Shown in pieces: positions 24,436 through 36,600 of a DNA stretch of 64,000 bases. The DNA comes from Setoptus koraiensis (taxonomy: Eukaryota; Animalia; Arthropoda): contig CM106586.1 in NCBI GenBank assembly GCA_048013815.1, positions 11,408,001 through 11,472,000 on the forward strand, given 5' to 3'. The position numbers and the translations under genes were made by a program. The notes beneath the pieces are model-generated. The model worked only from the letters and a program-made list of their open reading frames with translations. It had not been told where the DNA came from and did no database searches. Numbering within the stretch: position 1 is the stretch's first letter; each line of letters begins with the position of its first letter.

Positions 24436-24873
24436 TGTACAGGCTGTATCTGTCGATAATTTTCACTGGTAGCAGCACTGTCAAGTTCACACTGTGAACT
24501 GTCACTGAATACAGCCATTTCTGTGCATTGTGCGGCTCACCAGCAAATTTTGCCGTTCAAAAGTAACGTAAACGTTGTGCTGCTATTGTCAAAGTGCACA
24601 GGCGCTTCACTGTACTATTCACAATTTATTCATCGACAGTATTATTCATGAATTTCTCAGCCATTGAGTTGTGTGTAAACTTGATGACATTGGTGCGGCA
24701 CAGTTCACGGCACAGTATTATAGACGTTTATAGGCAGTTTACTGTATGATTATTTTTGTTTTGTTGTTGCACTAATTTTAACCATTGGACTGTGTTGTTG
24801 CTTGTGTATATTTATACTATTATTATGATAGATGTAAGCAAATAATAATTATTATCATCATCATTAGATATTC

Positions 24874-25595
24874 ATGAATGATCTACAGGATACCGACTGG
24901 AAGGACAAAGAGTCCAACGAGGATCTTAATATACCTCGTGCAGCTATAAATAAATTCATGAAGGAGATCATACCAGATGTGAGAGTTTCAAATGAAACGC
25001 GTGAAATCATTTTACAATGTTGCAATGAATTTATTCACATAGTTACCAGTCAGGCTAACACCATTTGCGATGAGCAACAAAAGAAGACACTCTCTAGCGA
25101 ACACATCCTAGCCGTTTTCGACAAGCTCGGTTGGAGCGAATATAAGGAGGCCGCCGAAATAGTGGAGAGCGATTGCAAAGGTAGGTGCACTCGCAGTGTC
25201 ACACAGTTTTTATATTTGACAGGCTTCGATATTGCATCACTCGCTTATATCTACATCAATGTTGATAGTAATTAAATCATCGATCACTAATCGCAATGCA
25301 ATATTGTTCTTTATTTTCATTATGATTCAAACAAAACATCAACACAACTACAACAACAACAACAACAACAACAACAACAGAAAAAAGGCGGCGGCAGAGT
25401 ACCAAATTAGAGCACACTGGTATACCCGAAGAAGAGCTTCTTAAGCAACAGCAAGAACTCATTAATCAGGCTAAAATGGAACAAGCCAAGAGGGAACAAG
25501 AAGAATGGTCTCAGATGCAGATTGCTATCAACTTTCAATTTTATACTCCACAACAACAGCCACAACCACCGCCACCGCAGCAGCAACCGCAATAA
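24874..25595 (+). CDS. DR1: Negative cofactor 2 beta / Dr1; 2 exons (24874-25180, 25381-25595)
   Basis: Histone fold EDLNIPRAAINKFMKEIIPDVRVSNETREIILQCCNEFIHIVTSQANTIC...KKTLSSEH. The second exon, translated by hand, gives KRRRQSTKLEHTGIPEEELLKQQQELINQA...EEWSQMQ, the conserved Dr1 QA-rich tail. Confidence 0.92.
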
Positions 25596-25645
25596 CACAC
25601 ACATACACATTTTAATTTCAAAAACAACAACATTAATTATTATTA

Positions 25646-28090
25646 TTACCTCATAAGGAAAAATATTATCGCAACTGCTATAGTAGTTGCAATAACACCC
25701 ATCAAAGAGACAATCAATATAAATTTCCTCAATGAATCCGCCTGAACTTTGACATTTTCCTCAATTTGCTCATGATCCTTATTGATCTGTGCCACTACGT
25801 CCCTGTATGAGGCTGCAATGTGTCTACCATCGTCTTCCTTTGGATCATGGATATGGTTTGGCGCTCTAATGCTGGCATCGCGACCAATATTGACCTTCGG
25901 ATTATTATTCGAAGTATTATTTCGTTGGTGTCCCAAAGCAGACCCGCCAAATTTAGAATGTATGGTATGATGATGCAAACTATCGTTGTTGTTTTGTGGT
26001 AACAACGCAGGCAAAACAGTCGGACTGATTTGTTTGGCTGAATGGGCCATCTTTGATTCGTCGTGGTCAGTATGATGATCATTCGCTGTTGTTGTTGTTG
26101 TTGTTGTTGTTGTCGGCCTGTTGGTTGTACTACTCGTGGCAGTGGTGGTAGTAGTTGTAGCGGGAGTTGTTGTATTGGCGTCTTGATTAGTTTTTATGGT
26201 TGTTGTTGTATGGTCATTGGCTTCCATAGTAACATTGGTTGTGTGTTGAGTTTCATTGGGGTGGGTGCCACTGGGGGGATGTTCTAGAGATGTTTTGTTG
26301 GTTGCTTCGGTGGTGTTTGTGTTATTATTAGAGACAATAACTGGCGACGTTGGACTAACTATGGGAGTTCTTATTATTTGACAACTTAGCCTGATTGTTT
26401 CACCTGGAAACGGCTGAAGTTTGTTCGTCAAACTCGTGGTGATATTTTGATCTTTACTTACATCGTCGGAAACCAGTGTGTCTATATTGCTGGTGGCTTT
26501 GATATTGGTGCCAACAGTGTTTGTGTCATTGGAGGTCGTCTGATTGACAGATTTGTGATCTGCGGTAGGGTTGACTGTGGTACTTGTTTGAATCGCAGCT
26601 AATTGTTTGCCACTTGAAAGAGCAGAAGCAGTAGGAGTAGCGGTTGTAGTTGTTGTAGTAGGGGCAGTGGTTGTTGTGGTTGTTGGTGGGGTAGCGGCGG
26701 TGCCAACTTTTGGATGACTAATTTCTGGACGTTTGCTTGTTGTTGTTGGCGCGGTGGTTGTGCTGTTGCGCCCTTTCTTGTGCCGAACCAAACCTAATGC
26801 CGATTTGGCCTCATGACCCAAATGGCTAGCAGCGGAATGTATAGTATCGATTACCTGGTGAGCTTTACCCAATATATTACCCAGATGATCTGGCGACGCT
26901 CTGGTGTGACTGCTAATCAGTGTTTTTGCTGGGGGCAAAGTCGTTGTTGGTGGTGGTGAGGTTGTTGTTGTTGTCGTTGGCGCTTCATCACCAGCAAGAT
27001 GATCATCTTGCTCCACATGTTCGTCATTCACATCTGAAGGCTGATGCCTAGCGCGATGAGCTTCACCTGATTTGATATTGCGTTTGACATCGGCACCGAT
27101 GGGTGCTTTAGTGGTCGTTGTTGTGGTTGTAGTAGTAGTTGTTGTTGTTGTTGCATGCACTTGTGAGGTCTTTTTATTTCTTGCTCTCTTTACTACTCCA
27201 ACGGGCTGCCCGGTTGTAGTAGTTGGTGTAGTGGTAGTAGTAGTGGTGGTTGTACTGCTAGTTGGTTGTGTGACATATGCGGATGGTTCCTCGATGATTT
27301 CTGTCTCTCTATCATGTGATTTGGCAGCCGATTGTGGCAAATTTGTTGTTATTTTTTCGTCATTGCTCAATATTTGCTGGTTGTCATCCTGCAACATGGT
27401 GATTGCTTCATCCGATTGTGTCAATGACGCAACTGTATTTGTCAATGGGGTTGTATCCATAAAATAATCACTGGACAATACTGACGATGACAGTATCTGC
27501 TTATCGTCAGCTACAGGTGACACAACAGCCCTTATAGTAGAGGTAGGATCTGAGTTGAGCAATGCTACTGGGGCCGGCGCCTCTTTGTTTTGCACAATAG
27601 TTTGTTGATGAGCAGCAGCACCACTATTTTGTGCTTTATCTCTATTTAGCGAAGAATTATTTGCAGCTATCGAGCCAGTAGAACGCGGCCTACTAATTAA
27701 GACACCTTGGTCAGTTTGAGGCCCTGCCAATGGCTGCTGTTGCACGGATTGGCGCGACAATTTTGTCGCTAATGAGTTGTTGGTGTGGACATAACCAGCA
27801 ACAGCGCCGCTGTGGTCGCCTGTTGGCATTAGTTTAGTGGATATGGTGGTGGTATTCTGCGTTGTTTGGCCCGCTTGTTGTTGTGGTTGTTGTTGTTGTT
27901 GTTGTACCTGTCCATTGGAGGAAATTGCCGCTGGTGATTTACGATCAATTGGCAGTTGCTCACTGGCAGTGGCTTGCTGACGTGCTTCGGCCTGTATGGG
28001 GCCCGTGTTTAGATTTGCATCAAAATTAAAGACTGACGTTAATAGAACTATCACAAGACAGCAGTGTGTGGACAGCCAAAAAGTGGCCAT
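25646..28090 (-). CDS. Mucin-like Thr-rich single-pass membrane protein (~814 aa from the first ATG)
   Basis: Signal-like MATFWLSTHCCLVIVLLTSVFNFDA; multiple poly-Thr/Pro tracts and N-x-T sequons; C-terminal TM FILIVSLMGVIATTIAVAIIFFL followed only by MR-stop. Confidence 0.75.
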   Translation of the reverse strand: MATFWLSTHCCLVIVLLTSVFNFDANLNTGPIQAEARQQATASEQLPIDRKSPAAISSNGQVQQQQQQPQQQAGQTTQNTTTISTKLMPTGDHSGAVAGYVHTNNSLATKLSRQSVQQQPLAGPQTDQGVLISRPRSTGSIAANNSSLNRDKAQNSGAAAHQQTIVQNKEAPAPVALLNSDPTSTIRAVVSPVADDKQILSSSVLSSDYFMDTTPLTNTVASLTQSDEAITMLQDDNQQILSNDEKITTNLPQSAAKSHDRETEIIEEPSAYVTQPTSSTTTTTTTTTPTTTTGQPVGVVKRARNKKTSQVHATTTTTTTTTTTTTTKAPIGADVKRNIKSGEAHRARHQPSDVNDEHVEQDDHLAGDEAPTTTTTTSPPPTTTLPPAKTLISSHTRASPDHLGNILGKAHQVIDTIHSAASHLGHEAKSALGLVRHKKGRNSTTTAPTTTSKRPEISHPKVGTAATPPTTTTTTAPTTTTTTATPTASALSSGKQLAAIQTSTTVNPTADHKSVNQTTSNDTNTVGTNIKATSNIDTLVSDDVSKDQNITTSLTNKLQPFPGETIRLSCQIIRTPIVSPTSPVIVSNNNTNTTEATNKTSLEHPPSGTHPNETQHTTNVTMEANDHTTTTIKTNQDANTTTPATTTTTTATSSTTNRPTTTTTTTTTANDHHTDHDESKMAHSAKQISPTVLPALLPQNNNDSLHHHTIHSKFGGSALGHQRNNTSNNNPKVNIGRDASIRAPNHIHDPKEDDGRHIAASYRDVVAQINKDHEQIEENVKVQADSLRKFILIVSLMGVIATTIAVAIIFFLMR

Positions 28091-30197
28091 CTTATCGGCT
28101 GCACGTAATACTACTTTTGACAACTTAATTTCGCCACCAATATCGACGTATAAATTGATAATTAATGCAACAGAAAAAAAAAACAGTCACAACGAAGCAG
28201 TGTAAATGATTTAAATGATCTAGACGATCAGAGTGATCTTGCTGGTCGATCCACTCAACTGATTGGGCTACTACTAATGATACTGATAGATAACTGTAAT
28301 GAGTTTGTTTGAGCAAAAAACACCAGCCTCATCTCGATTGGTTGCGAGCAATTAGAATCGAGCGAAGCACAAAGGATTTCACAATAGAATCGAATAAAAC
28401 TAAAATTTCATTCGAAAGTGATGACGACTTTTCAGACAGTCTGTCATCAATTGACAGTACGTCATACAAATAGCGTTTTAAAATTTTATATCCGATCCAG
28501 CTAATCGTAATAGAGTAGTGAGCCACTATTATGTTATTTTGTTATGCTCCAAGTTAACTACACATCCATAGCCGGCGCCCATTGTTCTTAGTGATGAACA
28601 TTCTCGTTGCATCGGATGTTGCGCAAATCGGCTATATTAGAGCAACTCTCAATGTTTAATGTGATCAAATTAAATGGACCATGAAGATTGATGCAACAAA
28701 ACGGCAACAATATTATCATTATCACACAAAAAACCACAACTGCAACAACAGTTTGTTTCGACAATAATAACTGTCGGAAACTAATATAACTAATGGTAGA
28801 GTTTTTACCTATTTACCGGGTCTCATCCATTGCTTACACTTAGATGGACCCAGTAACTATACTAACGAGAGTTTTCTGACGGCAACTATTATTAGTTTTG
28901 CAATTAGCATTCATCTCATGCATCTGTTGGCTGCTCTAAATACTTTGAATGGCCGTCCCATCAGAAGTCATTGTTAAATCGGTGAAAAACAGTGGCTGCG
29001 AAATCAAAAATCTACCAGTTTGAATCATTCAGTGACTACTCTTTTTGCCTACCGTATGTACTTATATATGTATTCAAAATTGTTGCGATTGCCCCGCCAT
29101 TGGCTGACGATACTGTCCCGACTGATTAGTCCTCAAATTAGTCAGACGATTGTTCTACTATATTACTAGATTTTTTGTGGCCACTTGACAATGAATCTTT
29201 GTGCAGTTCCGTGTGTCGAACAAGCTAATGTGGAATTTTGGAGAAGAGACGGGGCAAAAAGACTTCAAAATAATCCAGACAATTCAAATGGGATAGAACG
29301 GATTGCAAAAATGAGTAACTGGGCAGGTAGGCAAGCTTGTTTGCAAGAGACGAACAGGAGGGCCCCATCTCCTGTCGGCCGGGCTTGTCGGATGTTGGCT
29401 GTAATTGGATCAGTGTTGGTGGACTTGGTGCGCCGGGGGGTCATAGTATTTGCGACATAATACTGGGTCAGTTTCGAATGAGCGACTACGCGTCAAGCTG
29501 GCCCACTTTTTCTTTGATAAATGGGATATATGGGATGCATGGGATGCATGGGATGTATGGGATATATGAGATAGCCCGAGTGTACAATATAGAGTGCATA
29601 GCAGCGCGAGACAACAGTTTGGCTGTGGCGATATATAGCTAAATGGTAAGATGTATTGTTTCTTTATAAACTCTATCTAATCATGAAAAGACTAAAAGCG
29701 AGCGAGCGAGCGAGCGAGCGATAGAGGGAGAAAGAAATCTTATCTCATTGGATTGGCATGGAGACGGCGATGACGCTCAGCGTCTGGTCAAGTGAACACA
29801 ATAAGCTGGCCCCATGCACTAAAAATAGCGATGCCACTGGCTTAAACAAACACATACACTCAGATAATAGTAAATAATAATGGATCCGCTTCCTTTTGCA
29901 CTGAGCCTCAGACCAGTTACAGTTGAGAAGTGCATCATCTATCGATGAGATTGGAATATATGGAATATAATCGAAATTCGAATTGCATTTGCAATTGGAA
30001 TCGCATCGCATCGCATTGCATCGGATAAAGCATCTGTCTTTGTACGATTTGACTCTAACAGTTATAAACAACAACAATGATCTATTTGTGCGCACTTTTA
30101 GACAACATTTGTTCCGTCGGGTCCCCATTGGGCCCCCGTCGGATCAGTGCTGCTGGGGCTATCGGGCGAGCGTGTGTGCACAACAGCGCGCACACTC

Positions 30198-30258
30198 TAG
30201 TTGCTAGAGTCCAGTTGCCAGAGTCCAGTTGCTAGAGTCTAGTTACTGCAGTCCAGTG
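30198..30258. repeat. 14-bp tandem repeat (AGTTGCTAGAGTCC-type), about 4 copies
   Basis: Directly visible, with substitutions. Confidence 0.85.
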
Positions 30259-30809
30259 GACACCGGCACATTGAGGCCAAGATAAAGAAATTTCTTTGTA
30301 TAATATAACTTTGGTGGATATTGAGGGGGTAGAGAGAGAGAGAGAGAGAGCGAGGCTTCCTTTTGGCGTTGGCGTTCTTTGAAAGGGGACCCGATGATGA
30401 CTATAATGCCCATGATGGTGACATAAAACACACACTCACTCACATACAGACAGTGGTGTTTTGTGTTGGCGCGGACATTGAAGAATGGCCAAGAAACAAT
30501 AAAGGAAACTGAGTTATGGAGCTTGAATTAAATCAAATCTGGACCCCATCAGAGCCGATTCGTTACGACTCGTTCGACTCAATTCGATTCGATCCGATTC
30601 GATCCGATCCGTTTGCTTTGGTTTCGTTTCGTTCCGTCGTTTCGATCTGATCTGATTTGCCAACAACTATCGGCTTAATGGTTTATCATTGAATGGCCAT
30701 CAACTGACGGCGACTCTGATGAGCGGGCCCGAGCTCGTTGAGTCAGTGACACTGAGCGACTAAAAAGAGTCGACAATTGTTGAGTCGGCCCCAGCCGAGA
30801 GCAGCCAAA

Positions 30810-30880
30810 GGGACCGAAAAGGGGCCGAAAGGGGCCGATAGGAGCCGAGAGGGGCCGAAAGGGGCCGAAAGGGGCCGAAA
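30810..30880. repeat. 10-bp tandem repeat GGGGCCGAAA, 6-7 copies
   Basis: Directly visible, in register from 30821 to 30880. Confidence 0.9.
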
Positions 30881-31150
30881 AGAGCAAAGGCAGCAATGCA
30901 AAGAGGTGCCCGCCGGCCAGATAATGTCCCATCGGACAGCCAAAGCAATGCGATGTCGGATTGGTGGCGTTTTAGACTGGCGGGCAGCGGGCGCCAGTTG
31001 GCAGCGCGTACGTATCGCAAAATAAAACGATAATCATTGAAAGAATGGCTCTCTCTTTATGATTTCTTTTCACTTGGGCCCCTTCGCGCTGTCTGGCCGG
31101 CCGGCTGGCGTGTTGTTTCTTTCGCGAGCTGTTAACTGGCAAGCCGGCCA

Positions 31151-31224
31151 CCGAGAAGCTGGCAACCGAGAAGCTGGCAACCGAGAAGCTGGCAACCGAG
31201 AGGCGACTGAGAAGCTGGCGACTG
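31151..31224. repeat. 15-bp tandem repeat CCGAGAAGCTGGCAA, 3 exact copies plus a degenerate tail
   Basis: Directly visible. Confidence 0.9.
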
Positions 31225-33608
31225 CGAGAACAACAAGCCAGTGCAAACAATCGAAGCGTTAAAAGACAACAAATGAGTTTGCAGACAACTCGACGGTGTG
31301 TTTGTTTACAAAAGGGGGCCCCTCCATTGTTTTGTACACACGCACACATATCAATGGGTGTGCTCATACATGCAATATCGGCGCCGATCGGTCAGCGGCG
31401 ACCATCCAATTGAGAGCGGCCCAGTTTGAGCGCGCTTCGGGGGCCCCGTTCGGCGCGCGCCGATCCAATCGAATTCGAGTTCGAATTCGATTGGAAAAAA
31501 AAGATGACACCAGCAGCGTCTTTTTCGCATCTCGAGCCCGAGGCCGCCGCTCGAGCCGGCCTCAGCGCCGCTCGCATTGAGGCCCATTGTCTTTGGCCGG
31601 CGCGCTGGCTGGTCGAGCCGAGCGTGCCCAGAAGTGGCTCCTCCCTCCTCCCTGCGAGCCCCACTGGCCGACGCCGCCCGACGCTGCCCAGTTCCGGCGC
31701 CCACTGCAATCCGATGCAATCCGACGCAATCCGACGCACATCAGTGCAATCCGAGGCGCGGCCGTCGATGCTTTTCATTGCGCGCCCAAGATAAGCCAAA
31801 GATTGCACTCCAATTGCAATTGTTGGCGCGACTTCTTGTATTTCCATTTCGATGTAATTTGGAGTTTTGGGGCGCTAGCGCTGCCGCCAGTTTCATTCAT
31901 CGTCCGCGAGCCAGTTCTTTATCTGTGCGATCTAACAAACACACACACGCGAGCACACAAACAAACGGGGCCCCATTCTAATGCAAGCTCATTGTTGTAT
32001 AATGCCCGTCGGATGACGTCGATTGGAATGAGGTGGCGACATTGTTTTTGCGACAAATCAATTCTTTATATTCGCGCTGGCGTCGATGCGCGGCGCTCAC
32101 ACTGCGGCCACCGTCCATCGATTGTTTTCACGCGCAGTGTGGGGCCCACATTGAATTGAAGGCGCCAGATTGAATATCGTGTGCCGTATCGTCATCTCAT
32201 GCTAGGTTGCATCGCTAGTCGCCATTCTCGAGGCGCATTCAGATCGAGATTCACATTCATTTAATTCAGTGCAAATAGATTGATTTTGAATACACACACA
32301 AACACACACACACTGACTTTGGTTGTTGATGCTGTTTTGAGCTGGACAGCGCCAGCGCCAACGCGGACATTAATGCGCAAAAGAATGGATTGGAGTGGGG
32401 CGCGGGCCCCACTCCAACTCTGGCCAGTGGCACGGAGTGGCGGACGGAACTGCAAAGAGTAGAAATTTGAGATGATGAATTCTTTTTTCTTTGGCTGGCT
32501 CGTCGCGACTGTCGGTGGCCACTCTCTGGCTGGCGCGTGCTTTTTATCTAAGCCTGGCTCAAGTCAACTCAGCGCCATTGTTCTTATCTGGTTGCTCTCA
32601 TCCGATTTCGGGGGTCCCGTTGTTGGCTTGGTTGTTGTTTCGGCACTATAATGCACCTACAAACGCCAGCCAGTAAGCCGGCCGGCCAAGGCAATAAGCC
32701 AAGGGGCCCCTGTGAGGCTGAGAAATCAATGCGAGCTAGCGCAAACCGGCGCCGGCCAGCGAAACTCGATACTGGCGCCCCTCTCCAATCCACTATCTGC
32801 CCTTCTAATATATCCCCCCCGCTCCTTCTTATATATAAATTTATATATAAATCCTCGCCACTCAGTGTGTGTGTGTGTGTGTGTTTGGTGGGCCGCTAAA
32901 GTGGTGCAACTATTATTTTTCTGGCCCCTTTCTGTCGCTGGCTCGTTCTTAAAATTCATGAGCGCAAGTTATTCGCCTTTTCTCTGCTGGCAACTCCTAA
33001 AACGGGCGCCCTTGTAGTGCCGCAGTTGTATGCTTACACTGGGCCCAGTTGATATTCAATTGCAATTGGAGCCGGCCAGACCAATGGTCAGTGAAGCGGG
33101 CGACTGGAGCGCTTTGAGCGGAAAAAATACTGATACATTTGCAGTTGGCTTTGGCCAGTGTGACGCGCAAGCCCAAGTTGCAAGTTTAATCTAGATTAAA
33201 CTCGTTCCCCACTGGCCCCTTTTTGTGTATTTTTGCATCTTGGCCGCCAGCGGGCTGCTGACTCAGTTTAACTGTCTCTATTCTGTATCTGTCATCATAT
33301 TTGTTTGCGCGTGTTTGTGTGTAAATCATCACTGGACGTCGTTTTGTTTGCCCACTAGCCGGCCTACAATTTTGCCTCAGCGCCCCATTGTGTGTGGGCC
33401 TCATAAAGGCGCGCCAACACGGCGCACAATCGGGCGCCCATTTCGCTGGCTGGCAATTAGTGGGCCAAGTAACGAGTTTGCACCCATTGGAGAGTAATTA
33501 TCAAATTACTGGCTCGCGTTCGTTACACAAACGCTCTCTCTCTCTCTCTCTCTCACTCTCTCGATGGAAATTATCGCTGGCGCTGTCGTAATCGAAACCG
33601 CCGCCATT

Positions 33609-33696
33609 GATACCCTTGCGCTGGATACCCTTGCGCTGGATACCGTTTCGCTGGATACCGTTTCGCTGGATACCGTTACGGCTGGATACAGTTTCG
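33609..33696. repeat. 15-bp tandem repeat GATACC(C/G)TT(G/T)CGCTG, about 6 copies
   Basis: Directly visible; variants change progressively along the array. Confidence 0.9.
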
Positions 33697-36600
33697 AGCG
33701 TTGGCGCGAACCTTTTAACGGGTGCACACCAGACACACCGGGCCGTTGCGGCCCATTATACTGACAGCTAAACCGTTAGTGAGTTGGGGCCGGCGACGCG
33801 CGCCACAACAAAGGAATAATCTTGTAACGATTGTTGTCGGTGTTGCATTATGGATATTATATAACATCATGCGACATTATATAACATTATGTAACATTGT
33901 CGCTGGCGACGGCCCCATTCTGCGCCACGCACAGTCGTTCTAGGAGCAATTGGGCGCCTCGTGTTGCCGGCAACCGGCCAATCGGTGCCAATAAGCGCCG
34001 CTTCGGTCGGTCGCAATCGACATCGTTACACGTGTTATTTGGCACGCGAATTATGCAAAGACCCGTTGAGGCGACGCGATTTAAAACTGCCAGACTCTGG
34101 CGATTCGCAGCCAATCGCAAACGGTTGCCACTTGCACACGGGATAATTTGTCATTCGGGCATGTCAATGTTTTGGCGCTTTTGCTCTCGCGTTTGTGCGA
34201 TTGTTACCATCAACTTGATGACATCAAGTGCTCAGATTGGCCGCTCGATGCAAAATAAATCCAGTCGCCCAAGTGGCGCTGACAAATGGAGGCCCGACGA
34301 GCTTTTAATTTTGTGCCCAATCGATGCCGCGAGTCGCAAAGGGCGCGTCGGCGGCCCGTCTGCGCCGGGCCCCGATTCGGTGCGCTGCCGGCGAGGCGGT
34401 TCCCGCCGCGACCGCCGGTCACTTGTTTTGCCAAAACAGAGCAGAAAACAGAGGCCACGAAAGCGCACGTCCGCTGCCGCTATTGCGCCATTAATTGGCG
34501 CTCGCCGGCGTCAATTTACAGCCGTCTAATTGGCGTAATCAATCCGATTAGATCACTGTGGCCTCGATAATCGGCTCACTGCGGCTCTCGAAGATGTTGT
34601 TTAAAGCCGCTGCCAGTTCGGCCAGCGGGGCCCCAAGCGCGAGCGCTGTAGCAACGGCGAGCTAATTTCATAATAATAAGTCGCATAATTAGCATATCTG
34701 CAAAATCTAGTTAATGGGCGCGCCGGGCGCGATTGCGCCCCTATCGCGCGCGTAATAGAATTGGGGCCGGCACAAACATGGCAAATGTCACATGCACACA
34801 CTAGCGAGGGCGAGGGCGATATTTTTGTTTGTTCCGACAAGCAGTTACAAGCAGTTGAGGGCAAGGTGAGAGGGAAGTGAGTTTTTCTAATCAATCTTTC
34901 TTGGCTCGGTCGGTCAGTCTCTCGAGATTGCAACAACAATTTGCCTTTCATTTACCATTCCATTTCTGATTCCGGCGAAAGGGGCGCCCCAGCCGATGAT
35001 GATGCCCTTATGGGTGCCAGCGCCAGACAGCCCGGCCGGCCGGCTTATTGGTGGCCCCCCGTTTGGGCCAGAATGGGGCCACTTAGTTGTTGTGTGTGGA
35101 CGTGTGTGTGCAGCGTGTGACAGGGCGCCCGCCGACACTGGGGCGCCGGCCCGGCCAGTTTCTTCAATTTGGGCCGCGGCGCGATATCGGAGCCGCCGGT
35201 ATGAGAGCGGCGGCCGACGCCAACGATGACGCGTCCACCCAAGAGAATGAGCTCAGGAATGCGCTTTCATCCAGCGGGCCCCATTGGATGAAAGGATCTA
35301 AATTAGACATTTGCATAATATATATTAATGTCGATGCAACTGCAAACACACACACACACACACACACACACTCGCTACACACACACGCACGCTACATGTA
35401 CGCCGGCTAGCCAAATTATTTATGCTTATTTACTTCTTTGCCGTGGCCCTAATGCCGTCACTATTTCTTCTTTTTTCTTTATTATTATTCCTTTAACAAA
35501 TACAAATCCAAATAAATTTGCCTGGCCGGCGCCCATTCTCGCACCTCGCGCACTGAGCCGCCGCTCGCAGGCTGGGCCGCCAGCGCGTCGGGCCCCAGCC
35601 AGCCCGAGATGAGAGCTCTAATGGAACGGAATGCACCGAGATGAAACGGAACGAGCCCAGATATAGTTGCCGCGAAAATGCCAGCCAGCCAGCCAGCCGC
35701 CCGGCCAGTCAGCCGGCCAGACGACGCGAGAGCGAGCGCGCAAAAATCTAATTAATTGATCAAAAGTGACCAATTCGAGTATTTGGGGGGCGCCAGCATT
35801 TCTTCCATTTGTGCTGGCCATCTTTTTGCAAAAGATTAAGTCGGCCACTCGCCGATAATGCGCCCACGCCGTCTGGCCGGCCGGCGCTTGCAAAAGGGCG
35901 ACTTGCCCTTTTGCAAGTTGCCCGAGCCAGCCCAGGGGCGACTGGCGGCCCGCTCGGACGGGGCGGCCCGGCCCGTGATGAGATATTTAATAGTTGTGAG
36001 TTTTAGTCGGCCCCCACTACTGACCAGCGCCGCAACAGCGACAGCGGCCCAAAAGAGCAAATTTGAATAAGCACAAACACTGGCCAGTGGGCAGTGCGCG
36101 TGTCCAGCCATTTCCATGAACTTTCTTCCCCTTGTTGTGTCCGTTATTTTCAATTTGGGCCCCACTGGCCGGCTTCAATTTTTTGCCCACCCCTCGGGCC
36201 AATAACAGGACACGCGCACGCTCCCCAGCTCAATCAATTTCCTCTGGCCGGCTGGCCCCCGCCCGCCCGGCGCCCGTTCGAACGCCAGCGCACACAATGC
36301 ATTTGTTAATATATTTTCCGTCTGTCTCGTTCGTCTGGGGCCCGGTCGGTGGGTTGTCGCGCCAGCGTTGAGCACACTTTATGGCGAGTGGACGGCGCGA
36401 GCGAGCCAGTTTGCGCCAGTTTGCAGCGCCAGCGCGGGCCGGATCGCCGGCCAGGGGGCGCCAAAAGGCGAGCCAAACAGAGGGGCCAAAGAGAGGGGGC
36501 GCCAACCGGCCTCACAGTCGACGGCCCCCGAAAAATGCCCCAGCCAGCAGTTATTATATCCGCGGGTATGGACTGTTTATCAGTGCGTGTGTCATTGTTG

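Noticed and set aside
29410-29638. Minus-strand acceptor followed by an open frame (…SHASHASHISHLSKKKWASLTRSRSFETDP…) as a terminal exon of the zinc-finger gene
   Set aside because: The phase does not match the candidate donor for this frame, it is partly a 9-bp repeat, and there is no recognisable domain.
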